Program-made: the position numbers and the translations under genes | Notes under the pieces: generated by a model | What the model saw: the letters and a program-made list of their open reading frames with translations, nothing else | Told to the model about the DNA's origin: nothing | The model's database searches: none | Part shown: positions 1 through 6,938 of the stretch, piece by piece | How positions within the stretch are numbered: the first letter of the stretch is position 1 | Layout: every line of letters begins with the position of its first letter | From: a candidate division FCPU426 bacterium | GTDB lineage: Bacteria > Oederibacteriota > Muellerivitia > Muellerivitales > Muellerivitaceae | Assembly: GCA_963738405.1 (NCBI GenBank) | Contig: CAVTWJ010000023.1 | Coordinates: 64,001-128,000 of the forward strand | DNA: 64,000 nt | Direction of reading: 5' to 3'

Positions 1-2
1 CT

Positions 3-1564
3 GTTTCAATCCCGTCTAAGTCCGGGCACTACAAGCAACTACAATTACCGCGAAGGTTTGATCGACGAGAAGCATGTTTCAATCCCGTCTAAGTCCGGGC
101 ACTACAAGCAACGGTGGATCAACGCCGTCGCCAGTCGTCACGCCAGTGTTTCAATCCCGTCTAAGTCCGGGCACTACAAGCAACCGCAGAAACCGGGCAC
201 AAAAGAGAAGTACAAGGTCAGGTTTCAATCCCGTCTAAGTCCGGGCACTACAAGCAACTGAGTTATTTTCCGCCATTCAAGGATTTGCTTCAAGTTTCAA
301 TCCCGTCTAAGTCCGGGCACTACAAGCAACTAATTTAGTGATCGGTAGCCAAACCCTAGAAGGGTGAGTTTCAATCCCGTCTAAGTCCGGGCACTACAAG
401 CAACCAAGGGGACATTCTCACCATTACCGTGAATCTGGCGGTTTCAATCCCGTCTAAGTCCGGGCACTACAAGCAACTTCGGGTTATGGATGGGTGGAAA
501 AAAATGGTTTGTGTTTCAATCCCGTCTAAGTCCGGGCACTACAAGCAACCCAGCCATTGCACTGTTGGCATCTCCATATGTGGGAGTTTCAATCCCGTCT
601 AAGTCCGGGCACTACAAGCAACTTCGGCTCATCAAGGCGACACCGTGGAGTTCGAAAGTTTCAATCCCGTCTAAGTCCGGGCACTACAAGCAACTCAGTA
701 AAGTCCATCGAACATCCGTTTAGATGGGAGTTTCAATCCCGTCTAAGTCCGGGCACTACAAGCAACGTGTATAATCTGACTCCTTGATTTCTCGATTGGT
801 TTAGTTTCAATCCCGTCTAAGTCCGGGCACTACAAGCAACATCCGGACCATGTTTTTAGGAATAATCGCCATAATGTTTCAATCCCGTCTAAGTCCGGGC
901 ACTACAAGCAACACAAGGTGGAGGACGATATGATCCGTTTAACGCATGAGTTTCAATCCCGTCTAAGTCCGGGCACTACAAGCAACAGACGGCCTCGGCT
1001 TCAACCAGCGGGCAACAGCAGTTTCAATCCCGTCTAAGTCCGGGCACTACAAGCAACTTACCAAGAAGGTATTCCTTACGAGGATTCGAGGGTATGTTTC
1101 AATCCCGTCTAAGTCCGGGCACTACAAGCAACCGAAACTGATTGAAGAATCAAAGGAAGTTTGGGAGTTTCAATCCCGTCTAAGTCCGGGCACTACAAGC
1201 AACATCCGCAAGGGAAAGAGGTAGCTCACTTTCAATTCGTTTCAATCCCGTCTAAGTCCGGGCACTACAAGCAACACTTCGAGCGATGAAGGGATGCACG
1301 AAAACCTAGAGTTTCAATCCCGTCTAAGTCCGGGCACTACAAGCAACTTGACGAGGCCCTCACCGCCTCACCAGAAGCCAGGTTTCAATCCCGTCTAAGT
1401 CCGGGCACTACAAGCAACTGTTACTGAAATCGCATGGGCAGACATGAGTCTGAAGTTTCAATCCCGTCTAAGTCCGGGCACTACAAGCAACCAATATTGG
1501 TACGCGTCAAAGCCAGGGCAGTTTAATGTTTCAATCCCGTCTAAGTCCGGGCACTACAAGCAAC
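3..1564 (-). CRISPR. CRISPR array: 22 identical 37-bp repeats and 21 spacers (34-38 bp); probably continues beyond the left edge
   Basis: Repeat GTTTCAATCCCGTCTAAGTCCGGGCACTACAAGCAAC starts at 3,76,148,222,294,368,441,513,586,658,730,804,876,950,1021,1096,1167,1239,1311,1382,1455,1528. The minus-strand repeat ends in ATTGAAAC (typical 8-nt crRNA handle) and has a CCCG/CGGG hairpin, so it is most likely transcribed from the minus strand. Confidence 0.99.
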
Positions 1565-2713
1565 TCTACCATATTCCCAAGCAATTTGCGTATTTGTCGG
1601 TTCCTTTTGCCGCAAACCGTTTTCCACCTCCAAAACCCGCCCCTTTTGCGGAAACATCATTAAACCTTCAGTTTTTTCAGCTTCATTCACTTTGCTTTCC
1701 CCGTTTCCTATTTCGCTTTTGTTCAGTCTTTTCGGCCTGGGCCATTTACGTCCGTTCTCGAAGTGACAACCCAAAAAATCGAATCCTTCCTCCTGGGCAT
1801 CCACAATCCGGGTTTTTTCTGGGTGCAGTAAAAGACCAGCCTTCACCGTCCAGGCCCGTGCTTCATCAAGGGCTCTTTGGGCTTCCCACTCGCTTCGACA
1901 CAACACCATGAAGTCATCCGCATAGCGGACCATCTCATAGCCCCGGTTTTCCATTTCTCGGTCTAAAGGGTCCAGATAGATATTGGAAAGCATGGGACTC
2001 ACAACGCCACCTTGGGGAGTTCCTGTTTTCCGCCTCCACTTTCTCACTCCATCCGTGACTTCCTGGTTTAAATAAGCCCGGATCAGGTAAAGAACACCCC
2101 CATCGCCTATCTTCGCTTCGACCAGTTTCATGAGTCTCCCATGGGGGATGGTGTCAAAATAACTTTTCAAATCGGCATCCAGCACCCAAACATAACCATC
2201 TCCCAGCAACCGTTCGACCCGCTTCAGCGCATCCTTAACTCCCCGCATCGGCCGGAATCCATAGCTGTGGCTTGAAAAATCACGTTCAAAAATAGGTCCT
2301 ATGACGTTACGCAAAGCCGTCTGGGCCACCCGATCTTCCACCGTCGGTATTCCCAGGGGTCTTTTCGTTGGGCTTCCCGCCTTGGGAATCCATATCCTTT
2401 TAACCGCCTGGGGTATATACCGCCCCGCTCTTAACCTGATCGCGAGATTTTCGAGGTTTCGGGCAAGGCACGCCTTATACATATTGACAGTGGTTCCATC
2501 CAATCCGGCACTCCCATGGTTGGCCTTCACCCTCTTAAAGGCGCTCAGGAGATTCTTTGGTTGGTACACCAAATCCATCAGTCCCAGCCACTTTTCCCCT
2601 TTCATCCAATTTTCCAACTTCGTCAGCATACGATCTGTCCATATACTTGGTTCGACCCACAGCCACCTTTGCTGAATTGCGCCGGTGTTTGCACCCATTC
2701 CCGGCAGGATCAT
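1541..2713 (-). CDS. Group II intron-type reverse transcriptase lacking the thumb/X domain, CRISPR-associated
   Basis: Motifs NHGSAGLDG (RT0), IPKAGSPTKRPLGIPTVEDRVAQ, SYGFRP, DADLKSYFDTIPH, GTPQGGVVSPMLSNIYL, RYADDF, GFDFLG; recognisable similarity stops after WPRPK. Confidence 0.9.
   Translation of the reverse strand: MILPGMGANTGAIQQRWLWVEPSIWTDRMLTKLENWMKGEKWLGLMDLVYQPKNLLSAFKRVKANHGSAGLDGTTVNMYKACLARNLENLAIRLRAGRYIPQAVKRIWIPKAGSPTKRPLGIPTVEDRVAQTALRNVIGPIFERDFSSHSYGFRPMRGVKDALKRVERLLGDGYVWVLDADLKSYFDTIPHGRLMKLVEAKIGDGGVLYLIRAYLNQEVTDGVRKWRRKTGTPQGGVVSPMLSNIYLDPLDREMENRGYEMVRYADDFMVLCRSEWEAQRALDEARAWTVKAGLLLHPEKTRIVDAQEEGFDFLGCHFENGRKWPRPKRLNKSEIGNGESKVNEAEKTEGLMMFPQKGRVLEVENGLRQKEPTNTQIAWEYGRVACSART
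1565..1717 (-). promoter_or_regulatory. Putative CRISPR leader, overlapped by the read-through tail of the RT ORF
   Basis: Non-repeat segment with A/T tracts between the last repeat and the point where RT homology ends; on the cas-proximal side of the array. Confidence 0.6.
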
Positions 2714-3090
2714 AGGTTTAATCCCCCAGAACTAACCGAAGCCAGAAAACTCCGGTCCGATTTATCGCCAACTTCTGTTGCCGATTCAATGTCAGTCTCT
2801 TCCCCCATCAATTTATCAGCCTTCCCCCCATCTCCGATAATGATTGCTTCCATTTTCCCGCCTAAACACCTCTGACTAATAGGTAATAGCATGACCCTTC
2901 CATAGGAAGTCGGCGAAAGCTTGGATTTCAATTGCGCAAAAAATTCTGGGCGCCGATCCGGTTCCATCTCACCCATAAAAACCGAAAGCTGGACGCGGAC
3001 CAAGCCCGCGTCCTTGCAGGCCTCGGCCACCTTGGTCCGAAACTTGGTCTTTTCAATGTCATAAACGACTAGGACGTAGGTATGTTCCAT
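2710..3090 (-). CDS. cas2: Cas2 with a C-terminal extension (ORF track starts at 3126; ATG at 3090 more likely)
   Basis: VLVVYDI...KVAEACKDAGLVRVQLSVFMG motif; immediately after cas1. Confidence 0.93.
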   Translation of the reverse strand: MEHTYVLVVYDIEKTKFRTKVAEACKDAGLVRVQLSVFMGEMEPDRRPEFFAQLKSKLSPTSYGRVMLLPISQRCLGGKMEAIIIGDGGKADKLMGEETDIESATEVGDKSDRSFLASVSSGGLNL

Positions 3091-3161
3091 TTCAGTAAGG
3101 TAACCCGGAAAGGCGCCGGAAAACATTTTGCAATATTACTGAAATTTCGTTCAGGGTAGGA

Positions 3162-4370
3162 TTACCAGACCATTTTCCAGACCTCAAAGCGCGGGGTTTT
3201 CCCGGCCAGGAAACCCTTCAATTCAACCACTTGAGCATGGAAAATCTCGCTTAAAGGCATCCGGGAACCCTGAAAATCCACATCCACTTCCAGCCGGGAC
3301 AGGATCGACTCGGCCAGTTCTTTGCGGCTTTCATCCACCATGAGGCCTTCCTCCGTTCGGGCCAATCGGCCCTGGTTGACGAGCGCAATGACCGTCTTGT
3401 CCACGACCGGCTGGCGGAAAGGTTCCACGAGATCCAAAACCAGGGAAGGTTTTCCAGAGCGGTCGGTATGGAGAAAACCCGCGAAGGGCTCCAGTCCCTC
3501 AAGGACCACCGCCGACCAGACTTTGGCGTAAAGGATGCCGTAACCGTAATTAATCATCGAATTAAAAGGATCCTGGGCTCCGTGCCCTTCCCGGCCCGTG
3601 AATTCGACCTTGTTCCGGACCAGCAGACCAACCCCCGTCCAATAACACCGTGAAGCGGCCCCTTCGTACCCCATAAGACGATCCCTCAGGACCGACCAGT
3701 TGGCGTCCCCCAACTCCCCGGCCATGGACAGGACCGCCTCTCCCCCGTCCTCGATACCCTGAATAAGGCCCCTCAGTTCGTCATATTGGGCGGAGTCCTT
3801 TTCCTTGAGATACTTGCCGGAATACTTGAGCAAAGTGGCTTGGTTCCTGATCTTTCCGAGGATGAGACTGGAAGCAATGACTAGGCCTCTAGAATCTTTG
3901 AAGGCCGCCATTTGTTCCCTGCGGATTTCCACCGACTCATGCCAAGACGGGGAAGAAACAAGGGCATAGGGCTCGCCGGACGGCGAAACGAAGGCGATGG
4001 GGATGCGGCGGACGCAGAGTTCTTCCAGGAGGTCGGACGAAATGGAAACGCCCCTGGAGGAAACCATTACCTCGGCCAATTGGAAAAAGGGTATTTCAAG
4101 TAGGATCTCAACGCGTGGCCTGGGAGGCTTACCCGCCGCCTGTTCCTTCATGTCCCGGGCTTTTCTCAGGGCGCGAAACGGTACGATGGATGGGCCTTTT
4201 TCGTCGAAGGCGATCTCGACATAAGCGCCGACAGGCCGAAGCCCAAGGTCCAGATCGGCTTGGGCAGGCTCGGGCGCCCGCGCCATCACCACCCGGGGCC
4301 CCTTCACCACCAACCGCTCGGATTGCTTGGAAAGCGTTATTCCGAAGTCGTTGAGGATGATGCGTTTCAT
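3162..4370 (-). CDS. cas1: Cas1 with an insertion in the N-terminal domain
   Basis: KIRNQ, LMGYEGAASRCYW, DPFNSMINYGYGILY, GFLH, SLVLDLVEPFR; catalytic E/H/D present. Confidence 0.97.
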   Translation of the reverse strand: MKRIILNDFGITLSKQSERLVVKGPRVVMARAPEPAQADLDLGLRPVGAYVEIAFDEKGPSIVPFRALRKARDMKEQAAGKPPRPRVEILLEIPFFQLAEVMVSSRGVSISSDLLEELCVRRIPIAFVSPSGEPYALVSSPSWHESVEIRREQMAAFKDSRGLVIASSLILGKIRNQATLLKYSGKYLKEKDSAQYDELRGLIQGIEDGGEAVLSMAGELGDANWSVLRDRLMGYEGAASRCYWTGVGLLVRNKVEFTGREGHGAQDPFNSMINYGYGILYAKVWSAVVLEGLEPFAGFLHTDRSGKPSLVLDLVEPFRQPVVDKTVIALVNQGRLARTEEGLMVDESRKELAESILSRLEVDVDFQGSRMPLSEIFHAQVVELKGFLAGKTPRFEVWKMVW

Positions 4371-4467
4371 ATCCGGCCTCTTCCCGGTTTAGCGGGGTGG
4401 GGTAATGTCGAATATCATTTCAATGCGACAGCTTTAATACGCACCATTCGGAAAAATGACAGTTTTT

Positions 4468-5322
4468 TCATTTCGATTGGGTCCGCAAGGGAAGGATCTG
4501 AAGCTGTCCCATACCCATCGTGGAACCCTTGCCTATATGCAGCCATTGAAGGGCCGCGAAAAGAGGCTTGAAAGAACCAGGGCCATCGGGTAAATCCAAC
4601 TTCCCGGATACACCCTGCATATCGATTTCCCGTTCTTGACGGCCCGAATATCGCACTAGATCAAGCCGGTCACCCAACCACAGGTTAGAGGGTATCCCAC
4701 GAGCTTCCGCCAGCATTTCCTTCTGGCCCGAACGAAGAACCTGCTTCATCCCATCCTCCACCAACATTGACACCCGGCGGATACCCGCGACGACCATGTC
4801 GGTGAAACTTGGATTTTCGACAAGAATTCCTTTTCGAACCAACCGGAGGGGGGCGGTAAAGCTGAAGGAACAAGCCTTTTCTTCCAGGGGCCAACGCACG
4901 TTACTCGCCTTCCAACCACTGAAACCCCTATCCCATTCCAGGAATGAACCCGAGGGGCTTATCGGTCGGGTCATCCGGACGTGGAATCGCCTGCGTTCTG
5001 GACCCAAACCCATCCCGGAAGCAACGTCCCATGCCCGCATGAGGGTTACATCATGTTTTGTGGCATCACCCAACAAAATGAATTCCAAGGCGGGAGAGTC
5101 CCCAGGGTCCGGGGATGCGGGGCGAAAAATATAACCCGGGGGCTGATCAATAGAATTCTTGTCACCCTCGAAAACTTCCCGGTAAGCAACCGGGTCCAGA
5201 TCATGTAGCGCCGCACCCCATACACCCCTCAACATGGGGATGGTAGCCCTTACGCCAGGCGTATCCAGGGATATCCTGCGGGGCAAGATGTTTATTCCGT
5301 CTAAAATTCCAGGCCAATCCAT
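4468..5322 (-). CDS. cas6: Cas6 crRNA-processing endoribonuclease
   Basis: MLRGVWGAAL motif, FTAPLRL, RYSGRQ, C-terminal G-rich loop HIGKGSTMGMG. Confidence 0.92.
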   Translation of the reverse strand: MDWPGILDGINILPRRISLDTPGVRATIPMLRGVWGAALHDLDPVAYREVFEGDKNSIDQPPGYIFRPASPDPGDSPALEFILLGDATKHDVTLMRAWDVASGMGLGPERRRFHVRMTRPISPSGSFLEWDRGFSGWKASNVRWPLEEKACSFSFTAPLRLVRKGILVENPSFTDMVVAGIRRVSMLVEDGMKQVLRSGQKEMLAEARGIPSNLWLGDRLDLVRYSGRQEREIDMQGVSGKLDLPDGPGSFKPLFAALQWLHIGKGSTMGMGQLQILPLRTQSK

Positions 5323-5338
5323 AAATCACGCTATCCAA

Positions 5339-5374
5339 GTTTAATCCCGTCTATATCCGGGCACCGTCTGCAAC
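5339..5374 (-). repeat. Solitary degenerate CRISPR repeat in the cas6 5' UTR
   Basis: GTTTAATCCCGTCTATATCCGGGCACCGTCTGCAAC versus array repeat GTTTCAATCCCGTCTAAGTCCGGGCACTACAAGCAAC; hairpin stem and both ends conserved. Confidence 0.9.
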
Positions 5375-5382
5375 TTTATTTC

Positions 5383-5700
5383 CTATGAAACCCTGGTCAA
5401 GATTTTATAGTCGTATCCCAAATCCCTTAACTCTTTCTCGCTCAAGTCTTTCCCCATTGGGGGTCGCTCTTTCAGTTTGAATACTAAGACTTGGTCTCCG
5501 GGTTTCGGATCCCATTGTTGGCGGTTGAATGAGCATTCCACACCCAAATCATCCGCGATCAATTGACAGGTTGCTTCATGTCCGATAAAAGAAACCAGAC
5601 CCGGCTTGGCGAATTCCCTAGCCGTTTCTAATGTAATGGTTTCCAAACGATAAGTTCCATCAGATGGGAGAATCGCGGTATTGATAACAGCCATCACCAT
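5383..5700 (-). CDS. crn2: DUF1874/AcrIII-1-family cA4 ring nuclease (Crn2-like)
   Basis: 105 aa with NTAIL..DGTY, SFIGHEAT, FNR, GDQVLVFKLKERPP; next to a CARF effector. Confidence 0.85.
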   Translation of the reverse strand: MVMAVINTAILPSDGTYRLETITLETAREFAKPGLVSFIGHEATCQLIADDLGVECSFNRQQWDPKPGDQVLVFKLKERPPMGKDLSEKELRDLGYDYKILTRVS

Positions 5701-5742
5701 TGCTTAATTCCTTTCTAATAACGAAGAACAATTAAAAATTAA

Positions 5743-6912
5743 TTATAAGTATTTTCGAAATAGTTCTTGATCATCATAGTTATCCGCAATGGTTTGAATA
5801 TCCCCGCGCAGGATGAGATTAATGCCGTAAACCTTGGCGCGATCAAAAGCCGCTTTCTTCGCCCCTTCATTATTTTGTAAATAGACCGAAGTCGTGATCC
5901 CCCAGATTTTCGTTTTTAAAGCCTTAATGTTTGTAACAATGCTAAAAATCTTAAAAAGAAAATCAGCTTTTTTATCGAACATTTGAAAACCGGATTTACA
6001 CTCAATGCCATATAAAGTCTGATTTTTAATAAAACAAACATCCAATTCTTGATTCTTCTTATGCAAATGGCATCCCGGTAATACCTGGGTTATCCCATTA
6101 AAGGTTTGGTGTTTTACAACCCAATTAAACATGAACGCTTCAAGCCATCCACCTGTTAAAAAATCCCCCGTTTTAGGTGATGTCGTGCCAACTAACCATT
6201 CATTTTCTAAATTAAGCCCCAATAAAGTAGCCATATCATTTGTAAACAAATCCTTATTAACTTTAATTTCACCCGGTCGCACTTCAGTTCCTTTGCGAAT
6301 AATTTCTTTACGATCATTTTTAACCAGAAAAGACCACAAATCTCCGCTAACTTTTGCGGTGGCCAATGCTAAATTTTCTAATTTAGGAAAGTTATTCTTT
6401 TTTCCAGTCACAACGGACCAGTTATCTATTTCTTCCCCATAACCCGCCAAATATTCATTGATATTTAACGGATAATCGCAAAACACATCCTTTTGATCGT
6501 TCTCAAATAAAATCACATCCGGTTTTCCAATATCGATATACAGATAATCCACATTCCCAAATTCACCGTTAGAGAACGTGTCATAAGCAGCAATTGACAT
6601 TAATTTATTACCGCCGGTTAAATTCACGTACCATTCCGTTGCTCCCTTTGCGAGGATTTTTTCGATACCACTTCTTAAATCATTCTCGATTTCCGAGATG
6701 GACAATTCATTAGTAAGAAAAATATCTTCTAAAATTTTCACGCCAGGATTCCCATTAACTTTCAACGCATCCTTTAACCACTGGGTATGATTCGTATTTA
6801 CATCTAGTGTTTTTTGGGTAACCACCAAAACCACCTGGTCAGGTTTTAAACTTTTTATGGGTAAAAAGTTAGGAACATGCTGGGCTGAAACAAGACAAAC
6901 CATTGTTTTCAC
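5743..6912 (-). CDS. card1: Card1/Can2-family CARF + restriction-endonuclease-like cOA effector
   Basis: CARF: LVSAQHVPN, NLTGGNKLMS; nuclease: GGWLE, ELDV, IECKSG; visibly AT-rich. Confidence 0.85.
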   Translation of the reverse strand: MKTMVCLVSAQHVPNFLPIKSLKPDQVVLVVTQKTLDVNTNHTQWLKDALKVNGNPGVKILEDIFLTNELSISEIENDLRSGIEKILAKGATEWYVNLTGGNKLMSIAAYDTFSNGEFGNVDYLYIDIGKPDVILFENDQKDVFCDYPLNINEYLAGYGEEIDNWSVVTGKKNNFPKLENLALATAKVSGDLWSFLVKNDRKEIIRKGTEVRPGEIKVNKDLFTNDMATLLGLNLENEWLVGTTSPKTGDFLTGGWLEAFMFNWVVKHQTFNGITQVLPGCHLHKKNQELDVCFIKNQTLYGIECKSGFQMFDKKADFLFKIFSIVTNIKALKTKIWGITTSVYLQNNEGAKKAAFDRAKVYGINLILRGDIQTIADNYDDQELFRKYL

Positions 6913-6938
6913 GTTAGAACCTTTCTGATTAGCTGGTT

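Noticed and set aside
58..1911. Plus-strand ORFs with repeated VSIPSKSGHYKQ / FQSRLSPGTTSN peptides
   Set aside because: They are translations of CRISPR repeats, not genes.
1541..3126. Intact mobile group II intron or DGR/retron around the RT
   Set aside because: No room for intron RNA domains (cas2 abuts the start, leader follows); no template/variable repeat pair or msr-msd arrangement seen.
5383..5700. Phage anti-CRISPR AcrIII-1 indicating a prophage
   Set aside because: It is embedded co-directionally in the cas operon with no phage genes; a host ring nuclease role is more parsimonious.
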